Of a stretch of 64,000 bases of DNA, positions 1 to 9,185 are shown piece by piece. The notes below the pieces were generated by a model. That model had not been told where the DNA came from and ran no database searches. It worked only from the letters and a program-made list of their open reading frames with translations. The stretch is taken from positions 832,001 through 896,000 of the forward strand of contig OZ244937.1 of assembly GCA_965222075.1 (NCBI GenBank), written 5' to 3'. The stretch comes from Candidatus Latescibacterota bacterium (GTDB lineage: Bacteria > Latescibacterota > UBA2968 > GCA-2709665). The position numbers and the translations under genes were made by a program. Every line of letters starts with the position of its first letter. Positions within the stretch are counted from its first letter, which is position 1.

Positions 1-815
1 AGCAGGCCGCCGCAGATGCAGACGTCGGGCTGGACGATGTCGGCGGCCTGAGCGGCGATCAGGTCGAGGAACTCGAACCGCATGTAGAGGGACTCACCTG
101 TGGCCAGGGGGACCTGCATCTGCTGGCGCAGCCTGGACCAGGCGGGGATGTGCTCCGGGCGCAGGGGCTCTTCGTAGAAGAGGGGGTCGTAGGGCGCCAG
201 GGCGTTGGCGAGCTGCAGCGCCCGGATGGGTTCGAAGATCTTGGCGTGGGGATCGAAGGCGAATTCCCAGTCTGCGGGGGTGTGTTTGCGCAGTCCTTCG
301 AAATAGTCGGCCGCGGCATTGCAGACCAGGCCCCAGCGCGCATCGTCGGGAGGCATCCGGTAGGGGCTGGTTTTGAAGGCGGTGAATCCCCATTTCTCGT
401 GCAGCCTGTGGGCATGCTCCGCTGCCTCCTCGGCGGTCTTCCCGCCCGCGCCCTGGTAGACGCGCACCCGGTCGCGCACGTTGCCCCCCAAAAGCATGTA
501 GACCGGCAGGCCGGCGGCCTTGCCGCTGATATCCCAGAGGGCGTGCTCGATGCCGGAGATGGCGGCCAGTCCCGTGCCTCCGGGTGGAAACCGGAGCTGC
601 TGGTGGGTCACCATCATCAGGTATTCGATGCGGCGGGGGTCTTCCCCCACAAACCAGGTGGCGAGGTAGTCCACAATGGGCGCTACGGAGAGGTCCGGAC
701 CGACAGAGTAAGCCTCGCCCCAGCCGACGATGCCCTCGTCGGTTTCTACCTTGATCAACACCCGGGTGCGGTTGCTGAAGGTGGAGAGGAAGGTTTTGAT
801 GGCGGTGATTTTCAT
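1..815 (-). CDS. Mandelate racemase/galactonate dehydratase-like enolase superfamily protein (3' end outside window)
   Basis: Manual translation from ATG at 815: MKITAIKTF...VLIKVETDEGIVGWGEA...AISGIEHALWDISGKAAGLPVYMLLGG; FYEEP and PDVC motifs further on. Confidence 0.9.
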   Translation of the reverse strand, partial: MKITAIKTFLSTFSNRTRVLIKVETDEGIVGWGEAYSVGPDLSVAPIVDYLATWFVGEDPRRIEYLMMVTHQQLRFPPGGTGLAAISGIEHALWDISGKAAGLPVYMLLGGNVRDRVRVYQGAGGKTAEEAAEHAHRLHEKWGFTAFKTSPYRMPPDDARWGLVCNAAADYFEGLRKHTPADWEFAFDPHAKIFEPIRALQLANALAPYDPLFYEEPLRPEHIPAWSRLRQQMQVPLATGESLYMRFEFLDLIAAQAADIVQPDVCICGGL

Positions 816-1041
816 GTTTTGGGAGTCTCCTTACAGTAGGGCATGGCATGCGTGCGCTTACGTTGGATGGTGGTTGATGATGCTTAAACATAACGATTCT
901 TCAGGGACCAAGTCAAGGGAAAGGTGCCCGGATAAGAGGAGGCTGTGGGGTTTCTTTTCAGATTGACGCTGATGCGGAATTCTTTTAGATTGGGATAAGA
1001 AACTGTTGCGTCCGGAAGTGATATGAGGAGGGAAAGCGCGT

Positions 1042-1695
1042 ATGGATCTTCTGATTACGGGGGCGGACCGGCCGCTGGGCCGGCTTGCCGCCGAGCATTT
1101 TAAGGAGGCGCACCGCCTTCGGCTGACCGGAGCCGAGCCGTCTGCGCCTGGGGGTGAATACCGGCCCGCCGACCTGCGCGAGCCGGAGGAGGTGGCGCGC
1201 CTTGTTGAGGGTGTGCAGGCTATTTTGCACCTGGCGGTGTACGATCCGACGCCTCTGTCCGGTCCGGGGGCCGAACAGGCGCGGCTCGAGGTGGCCGCCA
1301 GGGGGACGTACGTCCTGCTTTGCGAGGCCCGAAAGGCAGGGGTCGAGCGGGTTGTGCTGGCCAGCCGGCTGGCGCTGATGGAGGCCTATCCGGAAGACTA
1401 CGTGGTGGATGAAAACTGGCAGCCGAAGCCTGAGGCCGATGCGGAGTCGCTGGCGCCCTATCTGAGCGAGATTGTCTGCCGGGAATTCGCCCGCGAGGGA
1501 GGCATCCATACGATCTGCCTGCGGTTGGGAGCGCCGGGAGAGGCGGATGCGGATGTTCTGCAGGCGCTGGACGGTTCGCTGGCGCTGGGTTTTGAGAATC
1601 CGGGGTACCGTTGGCATCTGTTTCACATCTCACGGTCGGCGCGGTTTCCCATGGGGGCGGGGGCGCTTGGGTTTGAACAGAAGGGAGGCGCCTGA
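1042..1695 (+). CDS. NAD-dependent epimerase/dehydratase family protein
   Basis: LLITGADRPLG Rossmann start, ILHLA, degenerate YxxxK (YLSE). Confidence 0.75.
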   Translation: MDLLITGADRPLGRLAAEHFKEAHRLRLTGAEPSAPGGEYRPADLREPEEVARLVEGVQAILHLAVYDPTPLSGPGAEQARLEVAARGTYVLLCEARKAGVERVVLASRLALMEAYPEDYVVDENWQPKPEADAESLAPYLSEIVCREFAREGGIHTICLRLGAPGEADADVLQALDGSLALGFENPGYRWHLFHISRSARFPMGAGALGFEQKGGA

Positions 1696-2489
1696 TGCCT
1701 GGAATCGAGCAGGGCAAGGTCTGCATCTTCGGCGCGGGAGGGCCTGTGGGCGCCTCGGCGGCACGGGCGCTGAAGGAGGACTATACGTTGCGGCTGACGG
1801 ATATTCGAGAGATCGAGGAGATTCGGGAGCCGCAGTCTCCGCACGCCCCGATGCCCGCCCGGCCGGAGCCGCCCCACGAGTGGCGGCAGGTGGACGTGGC
1901 CGATTATGACCAGGTCCTGGCTGCTGCGGAGGGCATGGACGCCCTGATCAATGTGACGGTGATCAGGCCGGAACTGGTGGGGGCTTTCCAGGTGAGCATG
2001 GTCGGGGCCTACAATGTGATGAAGGCCGCCGCCGAATGCGGGATCAGGCGTGTGATCCACACCGGCCCCAGGCACCTCTACGTGGGGTTTGAGGGAGACT
2101 ACAAAAACGATTTTGACCTCCCGGACGACGTGCCCCTCCATCCCGGAGCCAATCTCTATGCGCTGACCAAACACCTTGGAGGACAGATTGTGAGGGTGTT
2201 TGCCGAACAGCACGGGATCGAGGTGGTCTGTTTCCTGTACTGCAACTTCCGGCCGGGAGACGGGGGAGACGCCGAAGACGGGAGCGGGGTGGGGCCGTTC
2301 ACGACGTCGTGGGAGGATACGGGGGATGCGTTTTGGTACGGGCTTCGAGCGCCGTCGCTGCCCAGGCCGTACGAGGTGTTCGATATCTGCGCCAGACTGC
2401 CGCACGGGATGTACGGCACAGACAAGGCGGAACGGCTGCTGGGGTGGACGCCGAAGTACGATTTCGAGCGGCTGTATCGGAGAAGATAA
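1695..2489 (+). CDS. NAD-dependent epimerase/dehydratase (uronate dehydrogenase-like)
   Basis: IFGAGGPVG, YALTK; coupled to upstream gene by TGATG. Confidence 0.8.
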   Translation: MPGIEQGKVCIFGAGGPVGASAARALKEDYTLRLTDIREIEEIREPQSPHAPMPARPEPPHEWRQVDVADYDQVLAAAEGMDALINVTVIRPELVGAFQVSMVGAYNVMKAAAECGIRRVIHTGPRHLYVGFEGDYKNDFDLPDDVPLHPGANLYALTKHLGGQIVRVFAEQHGIEVVCFLYCNFRPGDGGDAEDGSGVGPFTTSWEDTGDAFWYGLRAPSLPRPYEVFDICARLPHGMYGTDKAERLLGWTPKYDFERLYRRR

Positions 2490-2503
2490 AAGGCGGAGGG
2501 ACG

Positions 2504-3241
2504 ATGCCGAGGAGCCGCTGTCATTTTGCCCTGCTGTCTGCGCTGCACAAGAGGCTCCGGGTTGAACAGCCGGAGGCCGCGGCGCTTGCAGACCGGCATC
2601 TGTCCGATTTTGTGGCGGGATCAACAGCGCCGGACGGACTGCGTTATGTGGGGAAAGCGGGGAAGCTGGCGACTCATTTTTATACGGACGAGCAGGAGGA
2701 GACCTGGGGACAGGCGGTGGCCGGGATGTTCCGCGAGCACCCGGACCTGGCCGACCCGAACCGCCTGCGGGAGCCGGATCTGGCGCTGGTGCTGGGGTAT
2801 ATTTCACACTTGACGGTGGACGAGGCATTCCGGGATGTGGTGACCTCCCAGCTTCACGGGATGGCGGACTGGCGGCCGGTAGTGCAGGGGTTGTGGTCGA
2901 TGGTGGATGAGCTTCCAATCGGCTATTCCGGCGTTGTGAGCGCGATCGATCGGTTTTCCCGGAAGGACCAGGTCGGATTTATCGACTGCGGGATGGTGGG
3001 GGAGTTCCTGGCGCTGATCCGGCCCTGGGCAACCGAAGAAGATCCCTGGGGGTTGGAGCGCATTTTTTTAACGCTGATCCGGAGCCGGATGCCCTTAGAG
3101 GAAGCCCGGCAAAGGTGGGAGGCAAACCGACAGCGGGCAGCCGCGTTTATGGACGATGCACGGCGGGAACGGTTTGTGGGTGAAGCCCTGCGGATGGGGG
3201 CTGAGGAGATGGTGCGGTATTTGGAAAGCGGGTACATCTGA
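2504..3241 (+). CDS. Zinc-dependent phospholipase C-like protein
   Basis: MPRSRCH, GSTAPD, THFY, GYISHLTVD motifs; GGAGG RBS before ATG 2504. Confidence 0.65.
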   Translation: MPRSRCHFALLSALHKRLRVEQPEAAALADRHLSDFVAGSTAPDGLRYVGKAGKLATHFYTDEQEETWGQAVAGMFREHPDLADPNRLREPDLALVLGYISHLTVDEAFRDVVTSQLHGMADWRPVVQGLWSMVDELPIGYSGVVSAIDRFSRKDQVGFIDCGMVGEFLALIRPWATEEDPWGLERIFLTLIRSRMPLEEARQRWEANRQRAAAFMDDARRERFVGEALRMGAEEMVRYLESGYI

Positions 3242-3347
3242 AGCTATACGATCGCAATAGGGCTTGCTCTGTGAAGGCGATGATCCTATTTTATATTTCT
3301 GCTGTTCGGTAGTTCAGGTCGAGGATATTCATCCGGAGGAGGGGCGT

Positions 3348-3734
3348 ATGCACATTGAGCACGTGGCGTTTCTGGTGGACGATCCGAATGGAATGGCGGA
3401 CTGGTATTGCGAGCACCTGGGCATGAAGGTCGTTCGAAAAGGGGGGCCGCCGAACCATATGACGTTTTTGATGGACGAGGCGGGACGCACCATGTTTGAG
3501 ATCTATACACGGGGCGATTTGGAGACGCCCGATTATGCCTCCATGCATCCCTCGGTTTTGCATTTTGCCTTTCATACGGACGACGTGCCGGGCGATCGAG
3601 GGCGGTTGATCGCCGCTGGGGCCACGCCTGTGGATGAGATTTCCGTGACGGATGCGGGCGATGAAATGACGATGCTGCGAGATCCCTGGGGGGTGGTTAT
3701 CCAGGTGCTGAAGCGCAAGGAGCCGATGCTTTAG
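3348..3734 (+). CDS. VOC/glyoxalase family protein
   Basis: IEHVAF, HFAFHTDD, LRDPWG. Confidence 0.85.
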   Translation: MHIEHVAFLVDDPNGMADWYCEHLGMKVVRKGGPPNHMTFLMDEAGRTMFEIYTRGDLETPDYASMHPSVLHFAFHTDDVPGDRGRLIAAGATPVDEISVTDAGDEMTMLRDPWGVVIQVLKRKEPML

Positions 3735-3750
3735 GCACTGAATAGGAGGC

Positions 3751-4800
3751 GTGATGCCCGTTGTTGAGGTTGGGAGATTGGAGCGGGATTGTGCGCGGGT
3801 CTTTGAAGGGGCCGGGCTGTCGGGCGAGGAGGCCCAACGGGTGGCCCATTCGCTGGTGCTGTCCAATTTGATGGGGCACGATTCGCACGGTGTGATCCGG
3901 GTCGCGCAGTATGTTCAGGCGATTCAGGATGGGATTGTCAAGGCAGGACAGAGAATCAGGGTGGTGAGGGAAGCAGATGCGTCGGCGGTGGTTGATGGCG
4001 GATGGGGGTTCGGGCAGACGGTCTGCCGGCAGGCGATGGATCTGGCCGTGCAGAAGGCAAAGGCCCGGTCGGTTGCCGCGGTGGAGCTGTTCAACAGCAG
4101 TCACATCGGACGGTTGGGCGAATATGTGGAGATCGCCGCGGAGGCGGGCACGATCGGGATTGTGATGTGCAATAACCACGGCGGCGGCCGGCTGCTGTCG
4201 CCTTTTGGAGGGATCGATTCCAGGATGTCTCCCAACCCCATCGCGGTTGGGGTGCCCACCGGCGGGGCGTACCCTATTGTGGTGGATATGACCACCAGTG
4301 TGGTCGCCGAGGGGAAGATCCGGGTGAAACGCAACCGCGGGGAGTCCCTGCCGGAGGGGTGGGCGATTGATGCGGAGGGAAATCCCGCGGTTGAGCCCGA
4401 CGACTTTTACGGGCCGCCCCGGGGCGCCATCCTGCCTTTTGGGGGGAATGCGGCGCATAAGGGCTACGCGCTGGCGGTCGTGATCGATATTCTTTCCGGG
4501 GCGCTGGGCGGAGGCGGGTGCAGCCGTGCAGGGGCGCCGTCGGGGGGCAACGGGGTTTTTCTGATGGCGATTCAGATCGAGGCCTTTACCGGGGCCGAGC
4601 GGTTCCGGCAGGAGGTGGATGCGTTTGTGGATTATCTGAAGTGTTCACGGCTGTTGCCCGGGTTCGATGAGGTCCTGGTGCCCGGAGAGGTTGAACACCG
4701 GTTGAGGGGCCAGCGGGAGGCCGAGGGGGTGGTTGTGGACGAGGAGACGTGGCGACAGATCCGGGAGACGGGAGAGAAGGTAGGGGTGGGGGTGGATTGA
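3751..4800 (+). CDS. Ldh_2 family (malate/L-lactate/ureidoglycolate) oxidoreductase
   Basis: GHDSHGV, SHIGRLGEY, NPIA, DMTTS, HKGYAL. Confidence 0.9.
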   Translation: MMPVVEVGRLERDCARVFEGAGLSGEEAQRVAHSLVLSNLMGHDSHGVIRVAQYVQAIQDGIVKAGQRIRVVREADASAVVDGGWGFGQTVCRQAMDLAVQKAKARSVAAVELFNSSHIGRLGEYVEIAAEAGTIGIVMCNNHGGGRLLSPFGGIDSRMSPNPIAVGVPTGGAYPIVVDMTTSVVAEGKIRVKRNRGESLPEGWAIDAEGNPAVEPDDFYGPPRGAILPFGGNAAHKGYALAVVIDILSGALGGGGCSRAGAPSGGNGVFLMAIQIEAFTGAERFRQEVDAFVDYLKCSRLLPGFDEVLVPGEVEHRLRGQREAEGVVVDEETWRQIRETGEKVGVGVD

Positions 4801-4844
4801 AGGTTGAAGGTGGATATTCAGTTTTCCTCAGAAGGAGTTATGCT

Positions 4845-5618
4845 ATGCCGTCTATCAAGATTACGCTGCTTGGGCACGCATCGTTTCGGCTGGAGCCTGA
4901 TACTGGAGAAGTGCTCTATTTTGATCCCTGGCTGGATGACAACCCAACGTGCAGCCTCACGGTGGCGAATGTAGAAGCGGCGGACGTGGTGATTGCCACG
5001 CACGGGCACGACGACCATGTGGGGGATTCGTTTGCGGTCTGCAAAAAGACGGGTGCGACCTTTGTGGGGAATTATGAGCTTTGTCTGACGGCCGCGAAGA
5101 ACGGGCTGGAGATGGGGACGCAGGCCGTGCCGCTGAATCCGGGCGGTACGGTGGGGGTGAAGGGCATCCGGGTGACGGCGACACAGGCGTTTCATTCGCT
5201 GTCGATGTCGCCCAACCAGGCGCTGGGGCCGGAGCCGGACGAGGCTTACTTTCGTCCGGACGGGGCGGTGTGCGGGATGGTGATGGCGTTTGGGAACGGG
5301 ATTACGGTTTACGATACGGCGGATACGGCGGTGTTCAGCGATATGCAGCTGATCGGGCAAATGTACGGCCCGCAGGTGGCGATCCTGCCGGTTGGGGGAC
5401 TGTATACGATGGGCATCCGGGAAGGCGCACGGGCGGCGAGCCTGATCCGGCCGGATGTTGTGATTCCCTGCCACTACGGGGAGGCGCTGGGGCAGCCTGC
5501 GGATATCGACGCGTTGTCCGATGCGGTTTCTTTCCTGTCGCCCAATACGCAGGTCGTCAAGCTGGATCCGGGACAGTCGGTGACGTACACGGCAAGCCAC
5601 TTTGAAGTGGGAACATAA
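4845..5618 (+). CDS. Metallo-beta-lactamase fold hydrolase (UPF0173-like)
   Basis: LGHASF, THGHDDH, ADTA, IPCHY. Confidence 0.85.
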   Translation: MPSIKITLLGHASFRLEPDTGEVLYFDPWLDDNPTCSLTVANVEAADVVIATHGHDDHVGDSFAVCKKTGATFVGNYELCLTAAKNGLEMGTQAVPLNPGGTVGVKGIRVTATQAFHSLSMSPNQALGPEPDEAYFRPDGAVCGMVMAFGNGITVYDTADTAVFSDMQLIGQMYGPQVAILPVGGLYTMGIREGARAASLIRPDVVIPCHYGEALGQPADIDALSDAVSFLSPNTQVVKLDPGQSVTYTASHFEVGT

Positions 5619-6452
5619 ATGGTAAGAGGATTGTTTGTGGCAAAAGAAGCGTTGAATGCGGTTGTAACTCAGAAGATCGAGGTAACGCCTGAGCTGATCA
5701 TTCTTCAGGTGAGGCCGGATGGATGGGAGCTGCCCGATTTTGAGCCGGGGCAGTTTGCGGTCCTGGGGCTGAAAGGGTCGGCGCCCCGCATGCCCTGGAC
5801 AGATCCGGAAGAAGACCCCCCCAATCCGGACCGGCTGATCCGCCGGGCCTATTCGATTGCCTCTTCTTCGGTGGCCAAAGAGTACATGGAGTTCTACGTC
5901 ATCCTGGTCCGCGACGGCGCGCTGACGTCGCGGCTGTTCGCTCTGGAGATGGGCGAACCGATCTGGCTTGGGCGAAAGGTCTCGGGGATGTTCACGCTGG
6001 ACGAAGTGCCCGAAAACAAGAATGTTGTGCTGGCCGCCACGGGCACCGGACTGGCGCCTTATATGAGCATGCTGCGCACACATCTGCCCCACGACGGCGA
6101 ACGGCTTCACGCCGTGCTGCACGGCGCCCGGCATTCCTGGGATCTGGGGTATCGGTCTGAGCTGAACACCATGCAGCAGCTCTGCGATAATTTCACGTAT
6201 ATCCCGCTGATCAGCCGACCGGCCAATGAACCGGTGCCCTGGGGCGGGCTGACGGGTTATGTTCAAGACCTCTGGACCAGGGGCGAGCTGGATAAGGAAT
6301 GGGGGATGCGCCCAACGCCTTCGGATACCCATGTATTCCTGTGTGGAAACCCCAATATGTGTGAAGATATGCTGGCGCTGCTGGACAAAGAGGGGTTTCG
6401 GGAGCATACCCGCAAGGCGCCGGGTGAGGTACACGTGGAAAGGTACTGGTGA
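5619..6452 (+). CDS. fpr: Ferredoxin/flavodoxin--NADP+ reductase
   Basis: RAYSIAS, ATGTGLAPY, LCGNP, C-terminal ERYW. Confidence 0.9.
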   Translation: MVRGLFVAKEALNAVVTQKIEVTPELIILQVRPDGWELPDFEPGQFAVLGLKGSAPRMPWTDPEEDPPNPDRLIRRAYSIASSSVAKEYMEFYVILVRDGALTSRLFALEMGEPIWLGRKVSGMFTLDEVPENKNVVLAATGTGLAPYMSMLRTHLPHDGERLHAVLHGARHSWDLGYRSELNTMQQLCDNFTYIPLISRPANEPVPWGGLTGYVQDLWTRGELDKEWGMRPTPSDTHVFLCGNPNMCEDMLALLDKEGFREHTRKAPGEVHVERYW

Positions 6453-6462
6453 GTGTGCGCGT

Positions 6463-8064
6463 ATGTATTATGACGGGATTATCGTGGGGGCCGGTCACAA
6501 CAGCCTGGTCCTGCAGGCCTACCTCTGCCGGGCCGGGCTGAAGGTGCTTTGCATCGAGCGGCGGGATGCGGCCGGGGGCGGGCTGACGACGATGGAAGAC
6601 CCACGGTATCCCGGGTTTTTGCACAATACCCATTCGTTTTACCACCGGGCATTGAACCGGATGCCCTGGTACCGGGACCTGGAGCTGAAACGCCACGGGG
6701 CGGTCTACCTGGAGCCGGAGCTGAATGTGGCGCTTCTGCTTAAGAGCGGCGCGGCGCTGGAGTGGTGGACCGATTTTGAGAAGACGGCGGAGGCGTTTGC
6801 GCGTTTCAGCCGGAGGGACGCGGATACGCTGCGGCGCTGGCGGGACGATTTTCTGCCGATTGTGGAGGAGATCCTGATCCCGGAAGCGCAGGCCCCGCCG
6901 CTGCATCCCGGGCGACGACGGGCGCTTCTGGAGCAGAGCGCCCGGGGACGGCTGCTGCTGAGCGTGAGCGCGCTGTCACCGCTGGAATTCGTGCAGAGGG
7001 AGTTCGAGCATCCGGTGATCCGGGCCGGGCTTCTTTTTTTTAACGGGTTGCGCGAGGTTGACCTGCGGTGTGCCGGGTTCGGCCACCACATTGCGGCCCT
7101 GCTGGCCAGTTCGGGCAAGGCCCAGATGTGCATCGGGGGCTCGGCCGCTCTGGCCCGCGCCCTGGTATCGGCGGTGGTTGAAAGCGGAGGCGAGATCCGG
7201 CTGCAGACGACGCCGAAGCGATTTGTGGTGGAAGCGGGGCGCGTGGTCGGCGTTGAGACCGCCTCGGGAGAGCGATTCACGGCACGGCATTTTGTCGCTT
7301 CCGGGCTCAACCCCCACCAGTCCTTTCTGGAACTGTTCGACGAGGACCTGCTGCCCCCGGCGTGGCGGGACCGTGCCCGGAGCTTCCAGTACAATCTGAT
7401 CGCTCCCCTGTTCGCCCTGAATCTGAACCTGAGCGAACCGCCCTGCTACCGGGCGGCCGAGCGGTATGCCCACCTGGACGATGCGTTTATGGTGATCCTG
7501 GGGCTGGAGCATGTGGACCGGTACCTGGACATGGTCCGGTGCCATGAGGAGGGGACCATGCCACCTATGGTGATGTGGGGGAGTTGCCCAACAATTTTCG
7601 ACCCTTCCCAGGCGCCGGAGGGCAAACATACCGCGTTTATGTGGCAGAAGGTTCCCTACCGGCTCAACGGAGACCCGACGAACTGGGACCGGGAGAAGGC
7701 GCGCCACGGTGGAGATATGCTAAGCGTGTGGCGCGACTACGCGCCCAACCTCAAAGATGTCGTCATCGATTCGTTTGTGCGCAGCGCTCTGGATGTCGAA
7801 CGCACGTTTCCCAATATGAAAGCGGGGGATTTGCTGGTGGGCGCATTTACCAACGGTCAGATCGGTTACGACCGCCCTTTTCCCGGGGCCGGACACTACC
7901 GCGGCCACCTGCCCGGCCTGTACCTGTGCGGTTCGTGCTGCCATCCAGGCGGCAATATCACCGGTTTGCCGGGGTACAACTGCGCTCAGATTATTCTGAA
8001 CGACCTGGGTCTGAGGCCCAGGTGGGCGCCCGAACCCCTGGAAGGACGTCTGGGACGACTGTGA
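6463..8064 (+). CDS. Phytoene dehydrogenase-like FAD oxidoreductase
   Basis: IVGAGHNSL, ERRDAAGGG, LYLCGSCCHPGG. Confidence 0.85.
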   Translation: MYYDGIIVGAGHNSLVLQAYLCRAGLKVLCIERRDAAGGGLTTMEDPRYPGFLHNTHSFYHRALNRMPWYRDLELKRHGAVYLEPELNVALLLKSGAALEWWTDFEKTAEAFARFSRRDADTLRRWRDDFLPIVEEILIPEAQAPPLHPGRRRALLEQSARGRLLLSVSALSPLEFVQREFEHPVIRAGLLFFNGLREVDLRCAGFGHHIAALLASSGKAQMCIGGSAALARALVSAVVESGGEIRLQTTPKRFVVEAGRVVGVETASGERFTARHFVASGLNPHQSFLELFDEDLLPPAWRDRARSFQYNLIAPLFALNLNLSEPPCYRAAERYAHLDDAFMVILGLEHVDRYLDMVRCHEEGTMPPMVMWGSCPTIFDPSQAPEGKHTAFMWQKVPYRLNGDPTNWDREKARHGGDMLSVWRDYAPNLKDVVIDSFVRSALDVERTFPNMKAGDLLVGAFTNGQIGYDRPFPGAGHYRGHLPGLYLCGSCCHPGGNITGLPGYNCAQIILNDLGLRPRWAPEPLEGRLGRL

Positions 8065-9185
8065 TGCCGCTGCCTACCCTTTCCTATCTCACCGATATTT
8101 ATTTCGGTTTCGGCTCGGTGGAGACGCTGCCGCACCTGCTGGAGAGGTTTGGCCTGTTACGCCCTCTGGTGATTACCGATCCGGATCTTGTGGCGCTTGG
8201 AATCCTGGAACGCCTGGGAATGGACGATGCGCCGGTTTTCGATGGGGTGCAGACCAACCCTACCGAGGCGCAGGTGCTGGACGGCCTGGCCCGGTACCGG
8301 GAAGCGGGGTGCGATGGGATGGTGGCTGCGGGGGGCGGATCATCGATCGATCTGGCCAAGTGCGTGGGGATGCTCGTCCACCATCCGGAGCCGTTTGAGC
8401 AATATGCGATGCGCCGGGGAGGCGTTTCGCAGATTACCGATCGGGTGCCGCCGCTGATTGCTGTTCCAACGACCGCGGGGACCGGGAGCGAGGTGGGACG
8501 GGCCGCGCTGGTGACGCTGGCGTCGGGCGATAAGGTGGGGTTTCTGAGTCCGCACCTGCTGCCGGTGGCGGCGCTTTGCGATCCGGAGCTGACGCTGAGC
8601 ATGCCCCCGCGCCTGACCGCGGCTACGGGTATGGATGCCATCTCGCACTGTGTGGAGGCGTATTGCAGCACCCGGTACAACCCGGTGGCCGATGCGATTG
8701 CCCTGGACGGCCTGGTGCGCGGGTGCGGGCACATCGTGACGGCGACCGAACAGGGCGCCGACCTCACAAGTCGCAGTGAGATGATGATGTGCGCGCTTGA
8801 AGGCGGGCTGGCTTTTCAGAAAGGCCTGGGGGCGGTGCACAGCCTGAGTCATCCCTTAGGCGGGCTGGCCGAAAAGCGGCTGCACCACGGGACGCTCAAC
8901 GCGCTCTTCTTGCCGGTGGTGCTGCGCTTTAATATCGACCATTGCGTAGAAAAGATGGATGAGATGGCCCGTCGTTTAAACCTCCGGAGAGGCGCGGATC
9001 TGCCGACGTTTTTTGAGGATTTGAACCGCCGTCTGGATCTCCCCCGCAACCTGAGTGAAACAGGTGTGACGGCGAAAGACCTGCAACCGCTCGCGCAGAA
9101 GGCGGTGAACGACCATTGCACGCCTACCAATCCCCGCCCGCTGGAACTGGACGCATGTCGCGCACTTTATCGGGAAGTCCTGTGA
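8064..9185 (+). CDS. Iron-containing alcohol dehydrogenase
   Basis: GGGSSIDLAK, PTTAGTGSE, MDAISHCVE, HSLSH, HHG. Confidence 0.92.
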   Translation: MPLPTLSYLTDIYFGFGSVETLPHLLERFGLLRPLVITDPDLVALGILERLGMDDAPVFDGVQTNPTEAQVLDGLARYREAGCDGMVAAGGGSSIDLAKCVGMLVHHPEPFEQYAMRRGGVSQITDRVPPLIAVPTTAGTGSEVGRAALVTLASGDKVGFLSPHLLPVAALCDPELTLSMPPRLTAATGMDAISHCVEAYCSTRYNPVADAIALDGLVRGCGHIVTATEQGADLTSRSEMMMCALEGGLAFQKGLGAVHSLSHPLGGLAEKRLHHGTLNALFLPVVLRFNIDHCVEKMDEMARRLNLRRGADLPTFFEDLNRRLDLPRNLSETGVTAKDLQPLAQKAVNDHCTPTNPRPLELDACRALYREVL